A DNA stretch of 63,701 bases, filler included, from Salisapilia sapeloensis CBS 127946 (GCA_023334545.1; 5 parts of 5 records of this genome joined end to end with filler, not necessarily neighbours in it); one strand, 5' to 3'; counted from the whole stretch's first letter, positions 45,001 through 57,390 are shown. Made by a program: numbers and translations. Notes: generated from the sequence alone by a model not told the origin.

Positions 45001-47174
45001 CATATAACATTTTGCCATCCACACGCTACGTCCAACAGGTAGTGACGAAGCAATATCCGAATCAACAAGGTAGAGTGAAGGGTCTATTGTCGGCCATCAC
45101 AAGTTCATCGACACCTATCTCGTATCGACAGCTACAAACGTTCTTACGAAAATATGGTGGTCGCCCAGATGATGCAGTTAATAATATCATGGAGATTGCG
45201 TCGCTGTCATACATGACGCAAAAGTCACAAGAGCGTCAGATCTTAAAAATGTATACTATCTGCACTGCACGTATGATATCTTTGGTCGCAAACTATCGTA
45301 TCGAGACCTTACGTCATCACCTCTGCGCTGTATTAATCACAGCAAAAGGTCTAGAAGACTGTGTAGGTGAAGTTGACGAATGCGTCATAAAGATAGCAGA
45401 CAGCTTGCCCATGGTTTCCATTCCGAATGAAGAACTACAGACCTACAGACAAAAAGCCTTGGATCGATATCCTGCGAAATGTGTCAAAGGTTTGTGGGAG
45501 CATCGTATAGATATGACATTTCCTATATTTTCATACGCTCAATTGGCTTTTTACCTACGAGAAGAAAGCATCGAATACATGTTACTGTGCATCAGCTGTG
45601 TTATGTCGGTCCAAGCAACATATCGAATGCACCGAGTGAGAATCTGGTATCAAAGTGTCGTTGCTTGGCGACGAGCAGCTGCAATAATAGTCCAATGTGC
45701 TTGGAGAGTAATCCGTGCGTATCGACAGAAAACCCTCTTAGCGTACCAGATTTGGTCCCAATACGAGCAACGTTTAGATAAAGAAACAAAACAGTTTTAC
45801 TACATTCATATACCGACAGAAGAGAGGACGGAGAGTGAACCACACGACCTAGAGGGCAACATGATTCCATATCGCCCGATGGTTCGGGATCGATTAACAA
45901 AACGTTGGATTCGGGCATGGCCGGACTTTGAGCCATGGAAGCAAAAAAGTAACGATCAGGATGATGTACAACATCAGTACCCATGCACTATTTGCCAGGA
46001 GATTTCTGCCGTGCGAAGATGTGACGAGTGTTATGGCCAAAATGGAGACTACGTAGACTTCTGTCTAGCATGCTTCTTTGATGCGCATATGCAGTTGGAG
46101 TGGCATTCTTATCATCTTCTGACAAACCAACGTGTACGATACTTTTCCTGTATTGAATGCAAGCGTCTATCGTGTCAGCGATGTCTGCAATGCGATGAGC
46201 ACTACTGCTCTCGCTGTTTCCATCGTGTACATGGCAAAGGACACCGTCGCCAAGCGCATGTATGTGAATTTTACGCACCTATGGCTGCAGTATGTATTGA
46301 ATGCGAAAGTCGGATTGCCATTGAGTACTGTACAGTTTGCTCAGACTTTCTTTGTGCTGAGTGTGCCAAGCTTACTCATAAGCGTGGAGCACTGCAAAAT
46401 CATACTCGTCAGCCAGTCCCACAGCCATTGGACTCCCCTGAAGAGGTTCACTGCAATCAATGTCAGGCTCGAAAGGCAGATACTAAGTGCGAGCATTGCC
46501 GTATATCTTTCTGCCAAATTTGTAAACAAGAGAAGCATGTAACTGTGTGTCTCGAGACCAAGCTGGAACAACTACTCCAGCAGTTATTTGCTGACCGGTT
46601 GTGCGTTGAGTGTGGGAAAATCGCAGATCGAAAGTGTGTCGAGTGTGGTGACCAGTATTGTAGTGTACGATGGATGGGTAACCCAGGCTGCTTTGAAAAC
46701 TTTCACAACAAAGGTAGACGCTTTGGGCATGCTGCAATACCGTTTGAAAAGGCTGTAGAGATACCAAAGGAAGTGCAAAAGCTGGAAGAATTGGTTAGAC
46801 AAAAAAGAAAGGAAGATGCGAAGATGGAGAGTGCTAAGCTGACACAAGCGTCTGATTACCCAGCGAAGAAAAAGAAGCTGAAGAAACCAAAGAAGCGATC
46901 GAAGGTTTGCACCGCTAAAAACTGTTCAGAAGCGTCATTAAAACCTTCCGTTCCTTTCTGTCTAAAGCATTTTACCTTGCAAAATGCATTATCAGTTGCT
47001 AATGGCGACCACACTGAAGCTGCCAGGTTACTACTCGATGCCAAACTTGGTCGATTGCGCGCTCAACCATCACTGTGGAGCAGGATGGAGCAACGAGTAC
47101 CCGTTTTGAAGAGACTAAGAGGACGAAAGAGTATTTTAGGTACCATTCGTGAAAAGCTGGCTGAAAAGCTGTAG
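39053..47174 (+). CDS. Giant (~2,700 aa) multi-IQ, WW and B-box zinc finger protein
   Basis: A 7.6-kb open frame (39543-47174) plus two upstream exons (introns about 39260-39338 and 39534-39588). About 18 IQ-like motifs (e.g. ATILLQRIARGFLGR), WW-like segments (GWQEVSNGDSPYYVDTLTLDTSW), five B-box-like Cys/His units at 45980-46740, and coiled coils. Confidence 0.85.
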
Positions 47175-47282
47175 ACAAATACAGCCTTGTCTAATCTGTT
47201 TCATACTCCTAAAGAAGCTAAAACGACTTAAATACAATTCCTTCCGACCACTAGTCGCGTTGTTACCAAAGTTTATGGAAGT

Positions 47283-48145
47283 ATGTCGGACTATGCCCTA
47301 ACGAATGATGCATTGGTAAGATTCTTTCATGGCTTCCATTCATTTGCATGCAAAGTTGTATAGGGCAGTGACAGGTGGTAATAGGCTGACAAGGAGTTAG
47401 AGCGCTTTCACCAAGCTATGCTGCGTCATGCTGAACTACGAAAGAGAAGTAAGAGTCGACATGAACAGCAACAACAAGAGCAAGGCTGCGGTAATATAAG
47501 CACTACGAACGGTGAGTACGTATGGTCTCCCGAATCGACGGAGGTGACTTCTGAAAGTCAAGTGGCGAATCTTATTAGCGAGCTCCGATCAGTCTTGAAC
47601 GGGGACCCATCAACCAGTCATAGTGACGGAAATGCGATCAAACAATCGACAGAGGAAGCTCGTACCATTTTGTATAAAGTCAGAGATGAAGATAAACATG
47701 AAGTGATTCTGCAACTACTTCGACAAACAGCCTCGTTAGAAGCGGAGCGAGATGATGCCAAATCTTTCGGAGAGAGACTCACGATGGATCTAATCCAGAA
47801 ACAAGTAAGTTATTTATCTATCTTTGTAAGATAGCTGATCTGGTAACTCAACGGATATGCAGGAAAAAGAGCAAAGTCGACACAACGCCGAGACGACCGA
47901 GCTTCGGCGACAGTTATCCCACTACATATACCAACATCCAAAAGTGGAAGAGTTAAAGTCGCAAGTTCAAAACCAATCGAATGAAATTCGACAGTTAGAG
48001 GACAAACTAGCATTTGCGGTAATATTTATTATATCCAAAAATCCAAAGAAGTCATTTACATTGTACTTAGGTACAAAAGCTTCATCGTAGTCGACAACGT
48101 GAGCAAGAAATGCGTCGACAATACGATCCTCTCTACAACATCTAA
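47283..48145 (+). CDS. Hypothetical coiled-coil protein, 4 exons
   Basis: MSDYALTNDAL^ADKELERF... joined to ORFs 47418-47834 and 47857-48090 and a last exon VQKLHR...YNI* by GTAAGA, GTAAGT and GTAATA introns. Confidence 0.6.
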
Positions 48146-48238
48146 ACGCAACTTGTACCATTTACAATCTCACTTTCTCTTTTTTGCATTCACATGGGAA
48201 AAGCATATACAAGTTCATTAGCTCCCTCGTTCGGATGT

Positions 48239-51200
48239 TTACGACGCGACCTTGGAATCTGCAGTCGTCACAGGAGGTCGATAGCAGTCCGGCAAGTACT
48301 TGAGCTGAATTGCATTGAACGCATACTTATCCTTACCAGTATTCACCATCACATTCACTCGTCGCACGCCACGTTCACGCATGGCGTCACACAGCTGGAC
48401 ACCATGCTTGACGTTAAAGTAGTCGACAAGCATTTGAGACGCTTCCAACGTCACAGACATGGCCGTGCGGTCCTTGCCACTCTTACAGCAAGTGGTTCGT
48501 CCAGCCCCAAGCTTTCGACATAAGTCGCTCGTCTCCAACAAGAAGCCGACATTCTTCCGTTGTTCATTATGCTTCAACGCAAGTGTCATCCGATTCGACA
48601 AGTCTTCCATCGCACTTTCGACCTCTGCTAAATCTCTCTGTCGATGCTTGATAAAGTCTTTCGAAAAGAGAGGAGATCGAGGATGCCTTCTCTCTCGATG
48701 GACAAAGTAGTTCAAGTCACTCTTGTACTGCTTCACATATTTCTTCAAATACTGCATACTCTCGACGTTCACTTCATTCTGGAGACTCGCATCGAGCATG
48801 TGATTCGCCACCGACTGCATCTCATTCACACCCTGTGAGAAGAGAACGCAACGGATCTTAATCGGCGTCGCATGCTGCATCTTGTCCGGTAGACGCACAA
48901 AGACGTCCGTCGGAACAGCAAACGTCACGATGATCTTATTATCCGGAGGTGTATTCGAGATGCCGATGCACTTGGCATACTTGAGCTTCGGATTCGCATC
49001 CATGCTCTGCACCAGTTGGATGCTTACGGAAGAGTTGAGCCACTTGGCAGCATCCGCCATGTCCTCCAGCATCCCTTTCTCACTCTTGTACGTCGACAAG
49101 AGGCTTTCAATGCTCAAGAGGAAGCCACATCGACACATGAGTGTCAGTCGGTCTTGATGATACGTCGATCCGTTACTTGCGAGACCGACGACGGATAAGA
49201 AAGCAGCAGACGCAATACCAAGAGCTTGGCACCGGACGACATCTTCCCGTCGCTCGATTTTCTCCGTCAGTTCCTTGTCCTTTGGATTCGCATTCAAATC
49301 CTGGCGTAAGCGACGTAGTCCTCCATCCTTATACCCGAGACAGTGAGCTGCTGGAGCACCATGCGTGATAGCAGCATGTACGAACTCATCTTTCGACACT
49401 TGATCGTCCTCCATTCGTGTGTTATGCAGCGCAATGGGTTCACCAGCAGATAGTTGGATCCGATGGGCTCGAATGAGATGACAGTTGAGGTTGATTGGCA
49501 TGAACTCATGCGTCTTGTCTTTCTTCTGGACACTCCGTTTGAGCGATCCAGTGACACCAGGCTCAAGACCCTCCTCCAGCATCGTCAGCAATGCTCGGTA
49601 GTGCCCATCCTGGTCCTTGTACTTTTGTAAGAGCGCCAAGTAGTGGTCCAACGACTCTTGTGCAGTGTCGATTAGATGGGAAGTATCCTTGTACTGATCA
49701 CCCGAATCTCTCTTATCACCCACTTCCTTTAAAAACTCTTGCGCTTGATGCACACGCGAGGCATTCCGATCCTGCATCATCTTTAGATACGCCACAGCGA
49801 CTGATAGTCCACAGTAGGAAGCAGACAGTTCTTCCGAGATATGCAAGTGCCGCACTTGATCACTCTCCTGTCCTCTCGCAAGATGACTGTATCCTCCAGT
49901 CCCTTCTTTCTCATCTAGACTGTCCATTGCGGCGGTATCAGCGATAAAGTGTCGTTTCGCATACGCATAGGAATGTCCGAGGTTGATCGTTGCGCTTGGT
50001 ACGATCCGTTCCATCGTTAAAAAGTGTCGTTGACTCGCCTTTTGATTCTTAAACTGAAGCACAAGCGTCGGTTCTCTTGAAAAGAGCAGATTCATCGGAT
50101 CCAAGAGCATGAATCCAAGTGACTTCTTCTCCTTGCCTTCAGCTCCAACACGTGTCAAGGAAAAGATTTCAAAATGTAACATACCACGCGTAGATAATGG
50201 GATCGATAGTAGCGTATGAAAGTCTCGGGCGAAGAAATCTGCGCCACATGAACGTAACGATAATTTACTCTGCACTTCCGTTCGACTCACTTCCAGCATC
50301 TTTTCCTGTCCAGCAACGACAGACGAGACGACCACGAGCATGTATGGAGATTGCTGTGTACCTTTGCTGCCGACCGACACTGCGAGCTCGATAGATGGCG
50401 TGGGACGGAAGCGAGCGAGGCTTAGCGATTGCGCTCGAGTGGCAGGAGCTTCATCGAGCGACACACCAACGCCTTTCAAGAGCCCAGTGTCGTCCCAATT
50501 GCCTTTTACGTTACTCGCAGACCAGTTGCTTTGGGTCAAGAGAACGCTGTCGGCACTTAAAGACCGGGGCTTGGGTCGAGTCACGAGCATGCTGTGGTTA
50601 TCGACTGCCTCGTTACCCGTCACAGGCATGGAAGTCGTGTTGCGTGTATCTGATAGTTTCATCCCTTCTCGACGAGCTGCATGCTCCTCCTGTTCCATCT
50701 GAATAAGCCTAGAATCTGTCGCATTGCGCTGTATACTTCCTCTTTTTAATGGACTACGCTCGACTTCTGACATGAACGCGAGAGGAGCTGACACGGGGCC
50801 GGAGCCGATGCTAGGTTTCCGATTCAAACTGTCGGACGTTCGGGGTTGATTCCCACCAACCGCACCATTACTTATGCGTCCAGAGGACGTCCTGGACACT
50901 TGCTCATGGGCGATCAAGTCTATGTTTCGAGCGATAGCAGAGACCCAGTCATTCATGGCTTGTTCTCCATCTTCAGCAATAAGCTTCAGTTCCCTTTGAC
51001 TATTCTTCACGATAAACCGATGAGGATAGTTTTCGACAGGAGACTTTGTGACTGTCGTGGTCTTGTCAATTTGCATCTCGCCTAGCTTTGTCAAGGTCTC
51101 TTCACCGGAATAGTAAGCTAGGACAGGTCGATCGGAGCGTAAGAGGAAGAAACGACGGTGCCAAGTCTTCCAGAAAGACCCTTGTTTAATCAAATACCCT

Positions 51201-51667
51201 CGTTTGAGAATGTCCGAGTCGGAGAATTGCTCATGAATCGGCGTCTTCTCGTTCTTCTTCGCATGGACAGATACTTGTTTCTGCTGCTTTAGTTGTTTGT
51301 GAGCTTGACGGTTCTTTAGCATCGCCATTGCTCGCGAACCTTCCTGTGCGCGGTAGAACTGGTCGTGGAACGTACCGCTGGACGATACTTGTAGACGTGG
51401 CTTGACACGGTCCACACTCGTACTAGTCGTTCGTCCAGCTTTCATTAAGGCTGCAATATCTTCTTGTGGAAGGTCTTCCGGAACTTCATCTAGAAACTCA
51501 TCTGAGGCTTCACTTTCACTGCTCTTCATGCCAGTCGAAGCATTCGAGTCGCGTGGAACAGACGACGCAGCGGAAGGTCGTTCGTCTCCATCATTTTCAT
51601 GCACGTTCGTCATGACGACAGACTCAGCGCCAACGCCGTGAATTGGAGCACGGTTTGGACCAAGCAT
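48239..51667 (-). CDS. INPP4: Inositol polyphosphate 4-phosphatase (INPP4-like) with an N-terminal PH domain
   Basis: PH domain KRGYLIKQGSFWKTWHRRFFLL...WVSAI, a C2-like region, EFMPINLNCH, HGAPAAH, LFSQGVNEMQS, and the CX5R catalytic motif CKSGKDRT. Intronless. Confidence 0.9.
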   Translation of the reverse strand: MLGPNRAPIHGVGAESVVMTNVHENDGDERPSAASSVPRDSNASTGMKSSESEASDEFLDEVPEDLPQEDIAALMKAGRTTSTSVDRVKPRLQVSSSGTFHDQFYRAQEGSRAMAMLKNRQAHKQLKQQKQVSVHAKKNEKTPIHEQFSDSDILKRGYLIKQGSFWKTWHRRFFLLRSDRPVLAYYSGEETLTKLGEMQIDKTTTVTKSPVENYPHRFIVKNSQRELKLIAEDGEQAMNDWVSAIARNIDLIAHEQVSRTSSGRISNGAVGGNQPRTSDSLNRKPSIGSGPVSAPLAFMSEVERSPLKRGSIQRNATDSRLIQMEQEEHAARREGMKLSDTRNTTSMPVTGNEAVDNHSMLVTRPKPRSLSADSVLLTQSNWSASNVKGNWDDTGLLKGVGVSLDEAPATRAQSLSLARFRPTPSIELAVSVGSKGTQQSPYMLVVVSSVVAGQEKMLEVSRTEVQSKLSLRSCGADFFARDFHTLLSIPLSTRGMLHFEIFSLTRVGAEGKEKKSLGFMLLDPMNLLFSREPTLVLQFKNQKASQRHFLTMERIVPSATINLGHSYAYAKRHFIADTAAMDSLDEKEGTGGYSHLARGQESDQVRHLHISEELSASYCGLSVAVAYLKMMQDRNASRVHQAQEFLKEVGDKRDSGDQYKDTSHLIDTAQESLDHYLALLQKYKDQDGHYRALLTMLEEGLEPGVTGSLKRSVQKKDKTHEFMPINLNCHLIRAHRIQLSAGEPIALHNTRMEDDQVSKDEFVHAAITHGAPAAHCLGYKDGGLRRLRQDLNANPKDKELTEKIERREDVVRCQALGIASAAFLSVVGLASNGSTYHQDRLTLMCRCGFLLSIESLLSTYKSEKGMLEDMADAAKWLNSSVSIQLVQSMDANPKLKYAKCIGISNTPPDNKIIVTFAVPTDVFVRLPDKMQHATPIKIRCVLFSQGVNEMQSVANHMLDASLQNEVNVESMQYLKKYVKQYKSDLNYFVHRERRHPRSPLFSKDFIKHRQRDLAEVESAMEDLSNRMTLALKHNEQRKNVGFLLETSDLCRKLGAGRTTCCKSGKDRTAMSVTLEASQMLVDYFNVKHGVQLCDAMRERGVRRVNVMVNTGKDKYAFNAIQLKYLPDCYRPPVTTADSKVAS

Positions 51668-52027
51668 GACTAGTTAATCCAGAGTAAATGTGGGTCTCAA
51701 AGGTAGCTCTCACGTGCGAGCAGGGAGAGCACGCGAGCAGTCTATTGTATGAATATAAATGACGTACGCAACCGTGACATGATATACGTCTTACAAATTT
51801 ACACTCATCTACACTTGCTGATTGTAAGTAAAAAGATATGTAAATTGTGGACTAGAAATGAACCCACGAAGGTGTTCTATTCCACACTTCTGTTGACTAT
51901 AGGCGTTAATCTCATGCTCGTCTATTTTCGAATTATTAGCTCCACTTGAACCTAGCTACAACTCGACTGTACCGCAGCAAATTATGTGAGAAATCAGGGG
52001 ATTGTAATAATTAATCAGGAAGGTAGA

Positions 52028-52582
52028 ATGAGCGCGAGTACTCGTCCAGAGATTCTCCTTTGGAGCAATCGTGCGATAGATCGTGCAAAGAATGAAGAGT
52101 ACAAGGAGGCAGCGGACTTGTACCGGAAAGCACTAGAGCTTTCAGAAAAAGTATGTCAGTCGGACAAGCACGATGGCCAAGCTCTTGTTGCAAATGCCAA
52201 TTTCCACATCGGGCAGTTCCTCCGCAAGGATAGTAAGAGCCCACAAATCGCGGAAGAATACCTCTTGAAAGCACTTGCTGCTCAGGAACAGCTCTACACT
52301 GAAAGGGGGATTGTGCCCGTGAAACATGCGATTAACGAAGTGAAACTAACTCGAGAGGAGCTCGGGAAAGTCTATGAAATCCTTGGTCAAGGACAGAAAG
52401 CACGAGACATACGGACACCCTCTCAGCGTATCTGTAGCAATGATAAATGTCCGTCCGTCACATATACTTCTTTATCCGTATGCTCTCGTTGCGAAAGTGC
52501 CTGGTACTGTAGCAAGACTTGTCTAGAAGCGGACTTATCTTCTCGCCATCGCGCGTACTGCGAGACGCTCAGTCCAGCGTAA
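52028..52582 (+). CDS. TPR-repeat plus MYND zinc finger protein
   Basis: TPR-like helices (EAADLYRKALEL, AEEYLLKALA) and a C-terminal CSNDKC...CSRCESAWYCSKTC...HRAYC. First ATG at 52028. Confidence 0.75.
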   Translation: MSASTRPEILLWSNRAIDRAKNEEYKEAADLYRKALELSEKVCQSDKHDGQALVANANFHIGQFLRKDSKSPQIAEEYLLKALAAQEQLYTERGIVPVKHAINEVKLTREELGKVYEILGQGQKARDIRTPSQRICSNDKCPSVTYTSLSVCSRCESAWYCSKTCLEADLSSRHRAYCETLSPA

Positions 52583-52684
52583 AAGCATTCTCTTCGTTTG
52601 ACAGCGACAAATTCCACGTACTGAAACATGAAGTAGGAAGATAGCAAAGGAGATGCAATGGAAAGATTAAAAAGTATGCCGTTA

Positions 52685-53517
52685 TTATTCAGCCTTGGCG
52701 CCTTTTTCGCAGACGTAAATGTAGTGCACGGCGTTCGCATCGGCTTCAGACGTTTGCACGGCACTCACAGTCGGCTTGGGGACCGTATGGACGGTAACTT
52801 TCCACGGCAGTTCCTTGTTCTCCAAGTACGATCGACGGTTATCAGGAGTACCGTAGGACACGACGAAGAAGACGCCCGCGGGCTTGAGGACGCGGCAGAC
52901 TTCCTGACACATCTTGGAGACGTTCGCCATGGAGTTTTCACCGCACAAGAGCGAATCCATCGTGCCCTTGTCCACAATAGCGTCATACGCTTCGTCCTCG
53001 AGTTCGAGCTGGCATGCGTCCATTCGTTTCCACGCCATGCTTTCAACTCGGTCTTCGTACTTGGCGCTCATCTGCTTGACGACGACGTCCGAGATGTCAA
53101 TGTTCAGGATCTGCTGGTACCCGTCATTTACCATCTCTTCCGAAAGTCTCGAGTTTCCAGCACCGGACATGAGGATCGAGTCTGACTTGGGAATGTACTG
53201 GTTCAGCAGTTCTTTCAAGCCGCCATAGCGCTGGTACCAGTCGAATTGCTCCGAGTCTCTGTTGTCATGGATTAGTATCTGCGGACAAAAACGTACAGCA
53301 ACTGCTAGTGTTCATCTAATGTTCTACAACATGTTATTGCCATGACAGCAAGTAGTATATGCTGCATAGAACGATGTAGGACAAGAACAAGAACGAAAAA
53401 GACATGCACATGTATCCGAATGACACAAGTTGTTGCAGTTGTGCAAGGGTGTAGTATCTCGCATACGCACTTTGTGTAGCGTTCATCCCAGTAGGAAGCT
53501 TTGCCGTACTGCGCCAT
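52685..53517 (-). CDS. SAM-dependent methyltransferase (EEF1AKMT4/METTL13-N-like), 2 exons
   Basis: MAQYGKASYWDERYTK^DSEQFDWYQRY, GAGNSRLSE, NIDIS, VDKGTMDSLLCG, CRVLKPAGVF. Confidence 0.88.
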
Positions 53518-53920
53518 GATGTATGTAGTTTGGTGGATGTGAGGTAGTGAGGAAGTGCGGAAGTGAAACGGAGGGACGCGACGGCAACTTTTGGCGACGA
53601 CTTGACCTGGTGGCTCGCTCGTGGCAACACGGAAAACGTCTATTTTTCTTCAATACTGACGCTACTATATTGGATCTCATGTTGCCACATCTTTTCTAGC
53701 GGTATCTCGATATAATTCATACAACTCTACTTGTCAAGAAAGGTTTTGGGAGAGAGAATATGCCTACGTCAGTGAAATACCTTTTGTCGTCAATGAAAAT
53801 CGGCTCGTGGGAAAGGTAGAAAGCTTCCATAATTCGAAAGGTGGATCTCAGATTAGTATGACGTGGTACGCAGATGGTACATTGACAACAGCATCGAAAC
53901 GAAGCAAGAGCCTCGTCGAG

Positions 53921-56900
53921 ATGGCAGATCTCGAGGCTGCGATTGCAGCGGAGGAAGCGAATAGCTGCGAGAAAAGTTTCTTTGAAGAGCATGGACGAGC
54001 TAAGGAACTAGTACATGCATTCACACAGTCCTCGGATCCTTTGGAGATGGAGCAGCACCTCGAAGCTCTCATCATTATCGTACGACCTTTTATTCTAGAC
54101 ATGTAGTAGCCTTGTGCGAGTATATGAACGTGTAAATGCAGATAGATAAGTACATGGAACAGTCTTACCTACTAGATGCGTATTTGCAAATGCTTCTCAC
54201 GCCAGTAATGGATTCGATCAAGAATATCATGATATCCGCCGTCGCATCCTCGACTTCCAGTGATGCACAAGCATTTCCCTATCAGATATATAAAGATCCG
54301 AAGTTACACAAACTCTGCCAATGGGTTTATCAACTCTGTCGAGTTCGAGGCCACAAGACCATTGTCAAAGTGCTTCCACATGAAGTCGCAGATTTCGAAC
54401 CTGCGCTATTCCTTCTTCAGTCACAGGACAAAAGCGACCACTCGACATGGGAGACGCGATACGTTCTACTGTTATGGCTTGCCATGCTTTGTCTTGTTCC
54501 GTTTGATCTGTCCTCCATTGATTCGTCTTCTGTCGATCCGTCTTCCACTTCCATCGTCGATACGATCCTCACGCTCTGCAAAGGCTATCTATCGGATCCA
54601 GGTCCGACACAAATAGCCGCGAGCATTTGTCTTGGTCGTCTTCTAAGTCGTCCAGACATGGAAAACGATGTACTCGACAGGTTCTTGCAATGGGCGAATC
54701 AGGAATTGGCTGTCGCTGTGGCGGATGACGACAGTGATGCCTCCGTCGTTCGAGCTCCTCGAGCTAGTCACATCACGGGAATCATGCAGACACTTGCTCA
54801 CATCGTCAAAAACTCTCCTCGTGACAAGCATCATGATGCCAGTCGAGTCTACTTTACTCGTGTCCTTCAGCTCAGTACAAAGCTAGCGGAAGAAGCGGAC
54901 GACCCGAATCCGAATATCTACAGCAGTACCGTCCATCGCAAGTTTAGTGTCAAACTCGTACAACGTCTTGGACTATTATATCTACCTCCGAAAGTGCGTT
55001 CCTGGCGCTATCAACGTGGTGTTCGATCTCTAGAGTTGAACATGGAGTCTGCTGGTATACCAAACGCAAGCGTCGGCAAGTCTCAGATGATTTCTAATAC
55101 GACATCGACCGTCTCCCAGAGCTCGAATCAAGTGGACGAAAAAAATGACCAAGAGGAAGAGCAGGATGTGGAGAATATTGAAGAGTTAGAACAGATCGTA
55201 GAAGTACTTTTAAGCGGTTTACGTGATAAAGATACAGTCGTTCGATGGTCGGCTGCCAAAGGTGTCGGTCGCATCACTGGAAGACTTCCGTATGCATTCG
55301 CAGATGACATTGTCCAAGCTGTATTGGAGCTCTTCGTGGCGACGGAAGGTGATGCGTCGTGGCATGGAGCTAGCTTAGCTGTAGCAGAACTAGCTCGACG
55401 AGGAGTACTGTTACCACAGCGTCTTCCAGAAGCGACAAACTGCGTTGCGAGAGCGCTTGGGTACGATGTCCGTCGTGGAAACCATAGCGTTGGAGCTCAT
55501 GTTCGAGACGCTGCTTGCTACTCGTGCTGGTCCTTTGCTCGTGCATACGATCCACACCTATTGCTTCCTTACTTGGAGAAAGTGTTGGCACCAGCGATGC
55601 TCACGACTTGTGTGTTTGATCGTGAGTTAAATTGTCGTCGAGCGGCGTCTGCTGCCTTCCAAGAGTGTGTTGGTCGACAGGGACGAGAGAACTTTCCCCA
55701 TGGCATCGACTTGCTGACAAACGCAGACTACTTTGCCGTCGCGAACTTGAGACATGCGTACTTGGACGTCAGTGTTTTTGTTGCGTCCTTCCCAGAGTAT
55801 CGATACTTTCTACTCGACCACTTGTTGTCAGCTAAAACCAGCCATTGGCATGTCTCCATTCGACAGCTAGCAGCCAAAGCGTTAGGACAGATCAGTGCCT
55901 TAGATCTGCCGTACACAATGTCCGTTGTCCTACCGAGACTATTGGCATTTGCTGTGCGTGACGATGTCGAGGTGATCGCTCGACATGGTGCTGTCTTATC
56001 CATTGCCGAGGTCCTGAGCTCATTGACACAAGTGTGTGCGACGATAGATGGGGAAATTCAAAAGAAAGTCAAGACACTGGCGTTGGATCTAGATAAGAAA
56101 CGACTCTTTCGAGGTCGCGGTGGCGAGATGGTTCGACTCGCCATTTGCCGCGTCATTGAAAGTATTGCAATAGCTCGTCTAGGCCTTAGTTTCCCACTCG
56201 TAAAAAAGTATCTAGCGATTCTAGAAGAATGCTTCTGCCATGCGACGGAACATGTACGCCGTGCTGCGATCGATGCTTTTGCTGTTTTCACTCGACAGTA
56301 CTGCGCGAAGATTCTACTGGTTGGAAAAGATGAACATAAGAAGTTTTTGCAGAGTGTCCTACCTCATTTAATGTCATCAGGCATTAAAGTGAATGTCAAG
56401 GAGGGAGGCAAGGAGGTGACAATGTTCAATTTGAACATGTCGATCCGACGCGGATGTCTACGAGCGATCGGTGTCGCGTCTAAGGAGATGGTCGGACCTG
56501 TCGCGAACGAGTGTGCCGAGTTGTTGTTTGAAGCAGCGGATGTGAAGAGACAGGATGGGGATGAAGCTGATGCGGAGAGTCGAGTGGAAGCGATCAAAGC
56601 GATTGAAGAATTGTTCGGTCGAACGGGAGAGGATACCATCGTGGAATTAAGAGGGGTGGAAGGGAAGGCTGTGGAGACTTTGATTCGTTGCATTCATGAT
56701 GACTATAGCGTGGATGACCGAGGCGATGTCGGCTCTTGGATTCGAAAGCAAGCCATGATATCACTAGAAAAGCTACTGCTTAGTCGAGTCACAGGCGTCG
56801 CAGCTCTTGTTGATCGACGAGTGTCTAGCCTGTATGGCGAAGGAAATATCCGACAGGTTGTTCCGTTCCCACGTCATGTGGAAGACGAACCGACGGATCC

Positions 56901-57244
56901 AATGTGTCTTATACAATTCGAGAAACCAGCATTTGGATACTACTACTTTCCGTTTAATGGAAGTGGCTATCTACGCTTGTCCCACGTCTCTTTGCTACCT
57001 GAAGATAATGATAACGATAAACCATTTGTTCTGCCGACAATGGAAGAGAGGGAGAGACTTGCATCGATGAATGATATAGTCCATGGCTCCTCGCCTGTCT
57101 TCGTCCAACGCATTCCGCCTGCTCTAGTTAGTGATTACTTCAATGCACTCTTCAAGCAGCTTAGTGAGAAGCTAGACAACTTGCGTCAGACAGCAGGTCA
57201 GATCCTCTTTCGTCTCTTGCACTCATCCGTTCCTCGCATTGACG
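53921..57244 (+). CDS. TBCD: Tubulin-folding cofactor D (HEAT repeats), 3'-truncated by the contig edge
   Basis: Intron 54080-54141, then EQSYLLD, RVRGHKTIVK.LPHEVAD, WETRYVLLLWL, DKDTVVRWSAAKG, WHG.SLA.AELARRG, HVRDAACY, DRELNCRRAASAAFQE.VGR, RGDVGSWIR. Confidence 0.95.
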
Positions 57245-57344
57245 NNNNNNNNNNNNNNNNNNNNNNNNNNNNNNNNNNNNNNNNNNNNTTAATTAATTAA
57301 NNNNNNNNNNNNNNNNNNNNNNNNNNNNNNNNNNNNNNNNNNNN
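57245..57344. other. Artificial contig linker
   Basis: 44 N + TTAATTAATTAA + 44 N. Confidence 0.98.
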
Positions 57345-57390
57345 AAATGCATTTCGTCTTTCCTACTCCATTGCCGTCCTCACCGCTCAG

